This document shows positions 18,725-27,673 of a DNA stretch of 64,000 bases, piece by piece. The notes below the pieces were generated by a model. That model was not told the origin of the DNA. It searched no databases and saw only the letters and a program-made list of their open reading frames with translations. This stretch comes from an uncultured Deferribacteraceae bacterium (GTDB taxonomy: Bacteria; Chrysiogenota; Deferribacteres; CAMZNJ01). Position 1 is the first letter of the stretch. Every line of letters starts with the position of its first letter. The stretch is from contig CAMZNS010000017.1 in NCBI GenBank assembly GCA_947313855.1, positions 12,555-76,554 on the forward strand. Reading direction: 5' to 3'. The position numbers were made by a program, and so were the translations under genes.

Positions 18725-21700
18725 TTACTTGCCTTCAGGTGAATCCGCTGACTCACCTTGAGCTTTATACAAAGCTGACAAATCTTTCAGGTACTGGAAG
18801 CGATCCTTGTAATGCTTGTCCGCAACATCTGTCAGTGCGTCAAAACTGTCTTTGTGCTTCTTAGCCGTTGTGCGGAACCTGTTCTCCATGGCGAAAAACT
18901 CACTAACATGCTTTTTGCCCAAACGGGAATCCAGTTGCAGTGGCGACTTCTTGCTACCAATCAAACGTGGGTCAAACCTAAACAGTGGCCAGTAACCTGT
19001 TTCGATGGCAACCTTCTGGTGCTCAACACCTTTAGACATGTCGATACCGTGCTCGATACATGTGGAGTAAGCGATAATCAGGGATGGTCCGTCGTATGCT
19101 TCTGCTTCGAGCATAGCTTTGAGCAGCTGAGTGGAGTTCGCAAGTGAAACATAAGCAACATACACATGACCGTAAGTCATCATCATCATACCTAGGTTCT
19201 TCTTGAACGAAACCTTACCATCAGCGGCAAACTTGGCTGTTGCACCGAACGGTGTGGATTTGGAGGCTTGACCACCAGTATTGGAGTACACTTCTGTGTC
19301 CATTACTAGTACGTTGAAGTTTTCGGATGTGGAGAAGATGTGATCGAGTCCGCCGTAACCGATATCGTATGCCCATCCGTCGCCTCCGAGCATCCAGAAC
19401 GATTTCCGCACAAGGAAGTCGGTGAGTGAGAGCAGGTTTGTTGCCTCTTCAGTGTTGAGCTTTTCTAGAATGGTACGTAATTCGCTCACACGTTTGCGTT
19501 GTTGTGCGATGTCGTCGCTGGAGTCTTGTTTTGCGTTGGCGATTGCGTCGCAAAGTTCGTCATTGCCGATGGAGCTCCTTAGTGCATGGAGGCAACGTAG
19601 AGCATCTTTGCCCATGGTGTCCACGGTAATTTTCATGCCGAAACCGAACTCAGCATTGTCTTCGAACAGTGAGTTGCCCCACGATGGTCCGTACCCTTCA
19701 GAGTTGCATGTGTAGGGCGATGTGGGTAGGTTTCCGCCGTAAATGGATGAGCACCCTGTTGCGTTGGCAATCATTAGTCTGTCGCCGAATAGTTGTGTGA
19801 GTAGTTTGACGTACGGAGTTTCGCCACAACCGGCACAAGCACCTGATGCAAACTCGAATAGTGGTGTTTTGAGCTGAGAGCCTTTGACCGAAGCGAGGTT
19901 GATGAGCTCAGCCGGTGGCTCGCTTAGTGTTAGGAAGAAGTCGAAGTTTTCTGTTTCTTCCTCTTTGTGCTCAATGGGGCTAGCCATGTTGATGGCTTTG
20001 CGTGTTGGATCGGTTTTGCTTGTTACGGGGCAAGCTTCGATACAGAGGTTGCACCCTGTGCAGTCCAGTGGCGACACTTGCACGGTGTAGGACATGTTGT
20101 CGAACCCTTTGCCTTTCGCCTTGAGCGACTTAAATTTTGATGGTGCCCCTTCGAGTTCGTCGTTGGAGTATGCTTTTGTGCGTATTGCGGCATGTGGGCA
20201 GATGAATGAGCAGTCACCACATTGGATGCATAGTTCTTCGTCCCAAATTGGTATTTGCATTGCGATATCGCGTTTTTCTAGTTTGGATGTACCGGTGGGG
20301 TATTTGCCGTCGAGAGGTAGTGCTGACATTGCTAGCTCTTCCCCCCTTTCGGAGACAAGGTAGGCTGTTGTTTCGCGGATAAATTTGTCATCGCTACCGG
20401 AGGCATGTGCGTTTAGTGCGAACGCTATTTCGGCGTGTTGTTCTAGATCTGCTTGGCTTTTGTTTAGAGTGTAGTCCACCTCTTCCAGCCTGTCGCGTCC
20501 TTGGTCAACAGCCTGCATGTTCATGTCTACGACTTTGTCGCCGAATTTGCCATACGCTTTGCGTGCCATGTCCTTCATGTATTCCACGCTTTTTTCGAAT
20601 TCGAATCCTAGCCCTTTGGAAGCGAGTTTGAAGTATGCTGTTTGTAGCACAAGGTTGTATCGGCGTTTGAGCCCGATATCCCTACCGATACCCACGGCGT
20701 CGATTACGTAGAACTTGAGGTTTTTTGATACAATCTGTCTACGCACTGTTTGTGGTAGGTGATTCCAGACGGTTGCGGCATCGTATTCGGAGTTGAGTAG
20801 GAATGTTCCGTTGTCTTTGATATTTTTGAGCATGTCGTAAAGTTCGAGGTATTCGAATTTGTGGCACGCAACGAAGTCTGCACGGGTAATGAGGTATGGA
20901 CGTCGGATAGGTTTGTCGGAGAAGCGTAGGTGTGATATTGTTACGCCACCAGCTTTTTTGGAGTCGTAGGAGAAGTATGCTTGGATAAATTTGTCTGTAT
21001 TTTCGCCCACGATTTTTGCTGTGGATTTGTTGGCGGAAACAGTACCATCGGAGCCGAAGCCGTAAAACATTGCTGAGTAGGATGATTCGTTACTAATGTC
21101 CCAGTTTTTGTCGTAATCGATGGAGGTGTGCCCAACATCGTCGTGTATTCCGACGGTGAATGATGATTTCGGTTTGGATGCGGCAAGGTTGTCGTACACC
21201 GCCTTGACCATTGATGGGAGGAAGTTGTGCGAGCCTAGTCCGTAACGTCCGCCGATAATGTACGGTGTTTGCAGGTTGGCAAATTCATCGTACTCGCGAG
21301 CACGGTTGTATGCTGAAACAACATCGAGGAATAAGGGTTCGCCAACGGAACCGCTCTCCTTGGTTCTGTCCATCACCGAGATACGTTTGACCGATTTAGG
21401 CACAGCCTTGAGGAATGCTTCCATGGGGAACGGTCTGTACAGGCGAACAAGAAGAACGCCCACTTTGTAGCCATGCACAGCGTTTAGCTCATCAACAACC
21501 TCTTTGAATAGGTCGAAAGCGGAGCCCATTATGACAACAATATCTTCCGCATCAGGGGCACCGTGGTACTCTACAACGCCGTATTTGCGTCCTGTAATCT
21601 TTTCGAATTTGTCCATTTCGGTTTGCATAACGTCAGCCATAGCATCGTAGACAACGTTTGCACGTTCACGTCCGGCGAAGTATATGTCGGGGTTTTGTGC

Positions 21701-22363
21701 AGTACCAACAACGTGCGGATTTTCGGGACGAAGACCAGCAGCACGATGACGACGTACAGCAGAGTCGTCGATCATGGCACGCATGTCGTCGTGGCTTAGC
21801 TCTTCAACTTTTTGTATCTCGTGGGAGGTACGGAAGCCGTCGAAGAAGTGGATAACAGGGATGCGATTGATTAGGGTGGAGCTGTGGGCGATGAGAGCCA
21901 TGTCCATAGCCTCTTGCGGGTTGCTAGAGTTGAGCATAGCCCAACCAACTTGCCTTGCCGCCATAACGTCTTGGTGGTCGCCAAAGATAGACAGAGCATG
22001 TGTTGCGATGGCTCTGCTTGCAACGTGAAACACGGCGGGTGTTAGCTCTCCAGCAATTTTGAACATATTTGGGAGCATGAGAAGTAACCCTTGGGATGAT
22101 GTAAATGTTGTGGATAGTGCTCCAGCCTGTAGGGCACCGTGAACAGCACCAGCAGCACCAGCCTCAGACTGCATCTCCACAACTCGAGGCACACTGCCCC
22201 AAATATTTTTGTTGCCAGCGGCACTCCTAGCGTCAGCATCTTCAGACATTGAAGAAGACGGTGTAATGGGGTAGATAGCAATTACTTCTGTTAGCGAATG
22301 GGCAACATAAGATACCGCAGCATTGGCATCTATGTTTAGCGTACGCCTTTTTGTAGTCGACAT
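18725..22363 (-). CDS. nifJ: Pyruvate:ferredoxin/flavodoxin oxidoreductase (single chain)
   Basis: IYPITPS, EMQSE.GAAGA, two ferredoxin motifs (CIQCGDCSFICP, CTGCNLCIEACP), FEFASGACAGCGE, GGDGWAYDIG; GGAGG SD before ATG 22363. Confidence 0.97.
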   Translation of the reverse strand: MSTTKRRTLNIDANAAVSYVAHSLTEVIAIYPITPSSSMSEDADARSAAGNKNIWGSVPRVVEMQSEAGAAGAVHGALQAGALSTTFTSSQGLLLMLPNMFKIAGELTPAVFHVASRAIATHALSIFGDHQDVMAARQVGWAMLNSSNPQEAMDMALIAHSSTLINRIPVIHFFDGFRTSHEIQKVEELSHDDMRAMIDDSAVRRHRAAGLRPENPHVVGTAQNPDIYFAGRERANVVYDAMADVMQTEMDKFEKITGRKYGVVEYHGAPDAEDIVVIMGSAFDLFKEVVDELNAVHGYKVGVLLVRLYRPFPMEAFLKAVPKSVKRISVMDRTKESGSVGEPLFLDVVSAYNRAREYDEFANLQTPYIIGGRYGLGSHNFLPSMVKAVYDNLAASKPKSSFTVGIHDDVGHTSIDYDKNWDISNESSYSAMFYGFGSDGTVSANKSTAKIVGENTDKFIQAYFSYDSKKAGGVTISHLRFSDKPIRRPYLITRADFVACHKFEYLELYDMLKNIKDNGTFLLNSEYDAATVWNHLPQTVRRQIVSKNLKFYVIDAVGIGRDIGLKRRYNLVLQTAYFKLASKGLGFEFEKSVEYMKDMARKAYGKFGDKVVDMNMQAVDQGRDRLEEVDYTLNKSQADLEQHAEIAFALNAHASGSDDKFIRETTAYLVSERGEELAMSALPLDGKYPTGTSKLEKRDIAMQIPIWDEELCIQCGDCSFICPHAAIRTKAYSNDELEGAPSKFKSLKAKGKGFDNMSYTVQVSPLDCTGCNLCIEACPVTSKTDPTRKAINMASPIEHKEEETENFDFFLTLSEPPAELINLASVKGSQLKTPLFEFASGACAGCGETPYVKLLTQLFGDRLMIANATGCSSIYGGNLPTSPYTCNSEGYGPSWGNSLFEDNAEFGFGMKITVDTMGKDALRCLHALRSSIGNDELCDAIANAKQDSSDDIAQQRKRVSELRTILEKLNTEEATNLLSLTDFLVRKSFWMLGGDGWAYDIGYGGLDHIFSTSENFNVLVMDTEVYSNTGGQASKSTPFGATAKFAADGKVSFKKNLGMMMMTYGHVYVAYVSLANSTQLLKAMLEAEAYDGPSLIIAYSTCIEHGIDMSKGVEHQKVAIETGYWPLFRFDPRLIGSKKSPLQLDSRLGKKHVSEFFAMENRFRTTAKKHKDSFDALTDVADKHYKDRFQYLKDLSALYKAQGESADSPEGK

Positions 22364-22736
22364 AGTATTCCTCCAAGGGTGTTTAATATTTAATATTTCT
22401 AATGTAAGGTGTGTATTTTGGTTAATTCGTGTGCACTGTTGTTCGTGTGCACTGTTGTTCGTGTGCACACACGAGTAAACTTTCACCTGCGTGCGGGTAC
22501 CACAAACATGCATTGCAATTGTAACACAAGAAAACGCTCCTTTCAATAACATAAATAGGTTTTCACAATATAATTATACAACTGCCTAATTATTTCGGCG
22601 TCAACCGCTAATAACCAATGTTCGTAAGCTTTCAGGCAACATCATCAAAGGGCACTACTTTGTCGCGTTATTTGATATTTGTCCCTGAACATAAAAATAG
22701 TATGGTAATATTTGTATCTATATTTTATAATGGATT

Positions 22737-23522
22737 ATGAAAATCAGACAGCATATTCACGGAATCATCTACTCCACTGGACAGGTTGCAACACAACAGT
22801 ACACCTACCTTGCAATGTGCCTCTACCTCGCCAGCCTATCAACATACCACGCCCTAACCCTCTCGTTTTTAAGAGGACACTCCCTCACCGTGCTCCGAGG
22901 AGCCCTATACCTTTACGGTGCAAGTGCCACCATGTCTACCATCATCATCGGACTCATACTCTCATTCAGCATCTCATACCTTGTAGCACTCACCCTCAAT
23001 ATCGAACCCAACTACGCCACAATACTCATTAACGACGTAATCCTCATGGGGATAATCCCCACAGGGATATCCATCCTCTTTGCCCTAAAATACTCCTCCC
23101 GACTCTACCACTCCATACGACAAATGTCCTCAAAGGGCGAATTCCGAACCATGCTAGCACTCGACATCAGCCCATACCGACTCATCTTTGCACCACAAAT
23201 TCTCGCAGGCATACTCACCGTTGTCGCACAATCCATTACCATGGCCTTCATATCCGTTGTCGTAATGAACATCATGGTGCCCTCCATTGCCGGTGTCACA
23301 AAGGAATACTTCAACTTCATACTACTTAGCTCCATCAATCCTAGCGATATTGTACAGTTCCTCGCAATATGCACCACCATGGGGCTTGCACTCACAGTAT
23401 TCCCCATTCAAGCCGCATACGCCGTGTCCGACTCCTTCAACAGAACCGAAAGCTTCTACATCGCCATGATGAGCATCTTCTACTCCCTAATCATAATCAA
23501 CGTTGCGGGGGCCATCCTATGA
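22737..23522 (+). CDS. mlaE: MlaE-family ABC permease
   Basis: MSSKGEFRTMLALDISPYRLIFAPQILAG corresponds to the MlaE EAA-like motif; followed by an MCE gene. Confidence 0.75.
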   Translation: MKIRQHIHGIIYSTGQVATQQYTYLAMCLYLASLSTYHALTLSFLRGHSLTVLRGALYLYGASATMSTIIIGLILSFSISYLVALTLNIEPNYATILINDVILMGIIPTGISILFALKYSSRLYHSIRQMSSKGEFRTMLALDISPYRLIFAPQILAGILTVVAQSITMAFISVVVMNIMVPSIAGVTKEYFNFILLSSINPSDIVQFLAICTTMGLALTVFPIQAAYAVSDSFNRTESFYIAMMSIFYSLIIINVAGAIL

Positions 23523-24046
23523 TATACATCCACTACTTCCAAGATTCCGAAAAATGCACTAGCATGCAAAATGTACTCTTCGATCTAGTGAAAAAATCTC
23601 GCGACGTTAGTCTTGTCGCACCCGAATGCCCACTACTCAGCGGCGTTACCGTACTAAACAACATAACACTCCAAGCAGGGTATATTTACGGATCAACACC
23701 CAAAAGAACAAAAAGAGACACAATTAATTTACTAAATAACTTTTCTATGCTTTACATTATCAACAAATACCCCGATACTCTAAATAACTACGAACAATTT
23801 GTAGCATCATACTTGCAGGCAATATACATACACCCCAACACCACAATCATCATAAAACCCGCACAGATGCTAAACTGGCAACAACAACAACTCGAAAAAT
23901 TCTTCTCACACATGCCAGACCTACTCAATACCGTAATTATCGAAGACGCCGCTAACAAAAAACTTTACGACAACATAACAATAAACAAAGAGGTTGATTT
24001 CTACCCATGGCTAGACTCTCTCAAAAATCTATTGAGTATCGCGTAG
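23519..24046 (+). CDS. Degenerate ABC ATPase (MlaF position), probably catalytically dead
   Basis: ATGA coupling to mlaE; LLSGVTVLNNI and YPDTLNNYEQ..AIYIHP...IIIKP align by eye to the Q-loop, signature and Walker B regions, but GxxGxGK, LSGGQ and DE are absent. Confidence 0.55.
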   Translation: MIYIHYFQDSEKCTSMQNVLFDLVKKSRDVSLVAPECPLLSGVTVLNNITLQAGYIYGSTPKRTKRDTINLLNNFSMLYIINKYPDTLNNYEQFVASYLQAIYIHPNTTIIIKPAQMLNWQQQQLEKFFSHMPDLLNTVIIEDAANKKLYDNITINKEVDFYPWLDSLKNLLSIA

Positions 24047-24900
24047 GACTATTCCTACTAATACCACTAACCGTGCTCGCACTCGTTGGACTCACTGTGG
24101 GCGTGAAGAAAAATCTGTTCTCATCCAAAGTCAACCTGCAAATCTATGCCACTAGCGGGGAAGGTCTCACCATCGGAATGCCCATAAAATTCTCAGGCTT
24201 CACAATAGCTACCGTTCACAGCATCTCCCTACGCGGACAAAACCAGATAGTACTACAAGCCAAAATACCCAAATCATACATGCAATGGGTACGTATCGAC
24301 TCCCACATGAGACAAGGAATATCCATCTTCGGATCCTCATTCATCGAACTTTACGGCGGATCAGTATCAGCAGTCATTCCACCCAAAGATACTCTCTACA
24401 TACTCGACCAAAGCAGCTCCCTAGTCGATATCACTAAAACAATCGCACCTATCCTACGTGATGCCGGCGGAATAATCAGCGACGTCAAAAACGTTACCGC
24501 AAAACTCTCAGACGAAAACAGCGACTTCAACAGATTCATCGCAGGACTCGGCGTCATCGGTCAAGACCTAACTAGCGAAACAGGATCCATCGGATACTTC
24601 GTGCGAAGCAACGAATTCCGCGTCTCTGTCTCAAATATCGTCAACAACCTCACACGAATTACAGCCTCACTGGACTCCACAATCGCATCTCTCGAAAGTA
24701 TTGCCGCTGACACAGCACTATCCACACCCGTAATACTCGAACAGATCGAAAACGCTAGCATATACCTAACACCAATACTCAGCGAAGTTGACGTACTCCT
24801 ATTCGAAACAACAATACTCATCGACTCGCTACAAAACTCCTGGCTCATCGGATCGCCAAGCAACCCACAATCAACCACAAGATCAATATCCCTCGACTAA
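24007..24900 (+). CDS. mlaD: MlaD/MCE-domain protein
   Basis: VGLF..TM anchor; GEGLTIGMPIKFSGFTIATV MCE signature; helical C-terminal extension. Confidence 0.85.
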   Translation: MARLSQKSIEYRVGLFLLIPLTVLALVGLTVGVKKNLFSSKVNLQIYATSGEGLTIGMPIKFSGFTIATVHSISLRGQNQIVLQAKIPKSYMQWVRIDSHMRQGISIFGSSFIELYGGSVSAVIPPKDTLYILDQSSSLVDITKTIAPILRDAGGIISDVKNVTAKLSDENSDFNRFIAGLGVIGQDLTSETGSIGYFVRSNEFRVSVSNIVNNLTRITASLDSTIASLESIAADTALSTPVILEQIENASIYLTPILSEVDVLLFETTILIDSLQNSWLIGSPSNPQSTTRSISLD

Positions 24901-24939
24901 GGACAATAACTCAGTATAAAATAGTATGGAGCTTTTTCG

Positions 24940-25740
24940 ATGTTGAAGCATAAACTGGGCAATAAACGGAACTACCAAAACCGTCAAAACTACAAAAACC
25001 GTAACGCAAAACCGAAACAAACAAACATCAACGCAATAGCAATAATAATCGTTGTCGGAATCGCCCTGACAGCATGCTCCGGAAAATCAAACAAACAACT
25101 CGTACCAACATCAATACAACACGGACACTCAATTACACAAAAATCTGTGGAAAGATACCTAACAGGACAAATCGTCGCCTCCGACCAAGATATCACAAGT
25201 GCAAAAAGCCAATACAGTCGAATAGGTGACTTCTGCAACGTCGCACGACTCTACCTCCTACACTACCAAGTAAGGGGACTAGACAACATCTCTTTCGTCG
25301 ACAATGCTAACACCTTCGCAACACTAGGCAACTGCAACAACGAACTCAACATCGTCAACTTTATATACGGAAACAACTACGTCGAAAATCAACTACCCAT
25401 ATTCTACCAAGCATTAGCAAAATACGACCGCAATGATTACTCACACCAAGAATTTGTGGAAACTGTAGACGCAAACAAAGAACTCAAAGAATTCACCAAA
25501 ACTGCAGGGATTCGACTCGCTGTCAGTCGCATGCTCAACGATCCCACAACCAACATACAAACCACCGAACAGTACATCACAACCATTCTGATACCCACAG
25601 ACGAGGCATTCTCATACACAACAAACCTAGTCAAAGACTACAGGCTACTGAGAGCAGTCTACAACCAGCAGGGACGAAATATTGAGAAGATTGACGAAAC
25701 AATCAAGTTAATTGATCGTGAGATAAATTACATTCGGTAA
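24940..25740 (+). CDS. Hypothetical lipoprotein of the Mla-like operon
   Basis: Lipobox LTAC; GGAG SD. Confidence 0.65.
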   Translation: MLKHKLGNKRNYQNRQNYKNRNAKPKQTNINAIAIIIVVGIALTACSGKSNKQLVPTSIQHGHSITQKSVERYLTGQIVASDQDITSAKSQYSRIGDFCNVARLYLLHYQVRGLDNISFVDNANTFATLGNCNNELNIVNFIYGNNYVENQLPIFYQALAKYDRNDYSHQEFVETVDANKELKEFTKTAGIRLAVSRMLNDPTTNIQTTEQYITTILIPTDEAFSYTTNLVKDYRLLRAVYNQQGRNIEKIDETIKLIDREINYIR

Positions 25741-25872
25741 CACGCCAGCACACCAGCACACCAGCACACGCCAGCTACGACCGTGACTTGACTACGCAAC
25801 CGCGACGCCAGCACACCAGCACACGCCAGCACACTCGAACACGCCAGCACACTCGAACACGCCAGCTACGAC
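25741..25872. repeat. Composite short tandem repeats (CACGCCAG/CACCAG; 18-bp ACACGCCAGCACACTCGA) at the convergent junction
   Basis: Read directly; includes duplicated pieces of the udp 3' end. Confidence 0.85.
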
Positions 25873-26624
25873 GACAACACTCGCCTAGCAGCATCCAACA
25901 CAACACTTATCGCGTTCGCCTCAACCGACTGCATATTCTCGGCACTCGGTATCTCGTCGTGGGTGCGATTGATGATAACGCCAGCAACACAACCAGCTCG
26001 TAACCCCGAGCTCGCACACATTGTCAGGAGCGTTGCCGACTCCATCTCAAAGTTTAACACGCCCATACTCTGCCACTCAGCCATCGAGTCGCGGAACCTA
26101 CGAACCACACGCCCTGAAAAGGTGTCGTAACGCTCTTGCCCCGGGTAAAATGTATCACTCGATGCGGTCACACCAACATGAAGGGGGAGTTTGTGGCTCT
26201 TGACCGCCTCCACCATGCTAGATGTAATGGTGAAATCGGATACCGCAGGGAACTCCATGGGTGCAAAGTGGGAGCTAGCACCATCTAGTCGAACGGAGCC
26301 TGTGGTAACAATAATATCGCCTACGTTGATATGTGGCTGTATGGCACCAGTTGTTCCGATGCGTAGGAAGTCTCGCACGCCAAGTTGAGCGAGCTCCTCC
26401 ACGGCGATGGATGTGGATGGTCCCCCTATCCCTGTGGAGCACACAACAACAGCTTTGCCAGACAGATAACCAACATACAGGGTAAATTCCCGACTGCTCG
26501 ATAAAAACTGTGGCGACTCAAGCCCTAAGGCGATTTTTTCCACACGACCAGGATCGCCTGGTAAAATTGCTAGCTTCGCACCCTTCAAGTCCTCTTTTGT
26601 AACGTTCAAATGAAATACTGACAC
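25866..26624 (-). CDS. udp: Uridine phosphorylase
   Basis: [53 protein letters not shown]; closely follows the E. coli-type Udp sequence as recalled. Confidence 0.97.
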   Translation of the reverse strand: MSVFHLNVTKEDLKGAKLAILPGDPGRVEKIALGLESPQFLSSSREFTLYVGYLSGKAVVVCSTGIGGPSTSIAVEELAQLGVRDFLRIGTTGAIQPHINVGDIIVTTGSVRLDGASSHFAPMEFPAVSDFTITSSMVEAVKSHKLPLHVGVTASSDTFYPGQERYDTFSGRVVRRFRDSMAEWQSMGVLNFEMESATLLTMCASSGLRAGCVAGVIINRTHDEIPSAENMQSVEANAISVVLDAARRVLSS

Positions 26625-26699
26625 TTCTTGTAACCCCCGAATTGTTGAAAATATGTTTGCGTTATTTCTGTAATTAGTGTTGAAAGGTGCAATCAGGAG

Positions 26700-27266
26700 C
26701 TATTGGCTCACAGCGATGCTGTCCCCGTCGAGGACACCGTCCCCAAGACTGTCGCCAAGACCGTCGCCAAGACCGTCGCCAAGACCGTCGCCAAGACTGT
26801 CCCCAAGACCGTCGCCAAGACTGTCCCCAAGACTGTCGCCAAGACCGTCGCCAGAGACGAACGAAGTAGCGTTGCTGTCAACAACAGGGTACATACGCGT
26901 GGTAACAAGGGCTTGCTCACCGCTACCACTCTCCACTGTCACAGAGATACCCACATTGCCCGGCTCGATACCAAACACAACAACACGACTAGGCGACTCA
27001 GGATCAACTATTATAGCAGCCTTAGTGGTGTCAGATACCTCCCACGTGATGCTATCCAAAGACTTGTCACCGCCATTTGGTCCAAACGACCAACTCACTG
27101 TTAGTATCAAGCCATCTTCTGTGCCTATGGGTATGGACTCCCCAAGTCCAGCAATACGGACAAACCGTGTATCCTCAGAGTCTACGAACAAAGACTCCAA
27201 GTCCCCACAGGCAGTAACCGCAAGTAACAGAACCCCCAGTGTTGCAAATAAATATATCTTTTTCAT
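26700..27266 (-). CDS. Small surface lipoprotein: one Ig-like (Big_2-like) domain plus acidic (D-S/G-L-G)n tail
   Basis: Lipobox VTAC; ITWEVSDTTKA..V.GIEPGNVGISVTV Big_2 pattern; about nine 12-bp repeats at 26736-26852. Confidence 0.7.
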   Translation of the reverse strand: MKKIYLFATLGVLLLAVTACGDLESLFVDSEDTRFVRIAGLGESIPIGTEDGLILTVSWSFGPNGGDKSLDSITWEVSDTTKAAIIVDPESPSRVVVFGIEPGNVGISVTVESGSGEQALVTTRMYPVVDSNATSFVSGDGLGDSLGDSLGDGLGDSLGDGLGDGLGDGLGDSLGDGVLDGDSIAVSQ

Positions 27267-27359
27267 TATATGCTCCATAAGTTATTTTAAACTAAGAAAA
27301 CAAGCCTACATGAATAGCTTAGTAACGGTAATCTACCATGAATCTATGGAAAATCACCA

Positions 27360-27466
27360 CGGCGAGGAACCCCCATACATCTTTGGCAGTAAACCTCCAT
27401 GCAACGGCGTGGAGTGCCCTGAGTCCATCCCGGCGAGGAACCCCAATACATCTTTGGCAGTAAACC
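27360..27466. repeat. Two 36-bp direct repeats (1 mismatch) separated by a 35-bp unique spacer
   Basis: CGGCGAGGAACCCC(C/A)ATACATCTTTGGCAGTAAACC at 27360-27395 and 27431-27466. Confidence 0.9.
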
Positions 27467-27473
27467 CGCTAAT

Positions 27474-27516
27474 AAAAAGGGGCTGTAGGCTCCTATTACT
27501 AAGACACCACAACCCC
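27474..27516 (-). terminator. Intrinsic terminator downstream of murP
   Basis: GGGGTTGTGG..TCTTA-GTAA-TAGGA..CCTACAGCCCC followed by TTTTT on the minus strand. Confidence 0.65.
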
Positions 27517-27673
27517 ATACTAGTTCGATATACTCTGAGGTGCGAACAACCCAGTATCGTAAATACAAATATAATAATAGTATATTACACTAATCACTTC
27601 CTTGTTGCAACACATTTAAACAGTATGTGCACCTATTTTTGCAAGAGGCACACACACCTAGTGACTACACGTA

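Noticed and set aside
18725-22363. Using PFOR alone as proof of reversed strand bias
   Set aside because: C-ending codons may partly reflect translational selection in a highly expressed gene; fliI, potA and ppiD are cleaner evidence
27360-27466. Calling the 36-bp repeats a CRISPR array
   Set aside because: Only two repeats, weak palindrome, no cas genes or leader evidence; kept as an unexplained repeat
27456-27471. sigma54 site in the second 36-bp repeat
   Set aside because: GG-N10-GC present but lacks TT before GC and points antisense to murP
27520-27556. preQ1-I riboswitch
   Set aside because: P1-like stem present but the required A-rich tail is missing and no queuosine gene follows
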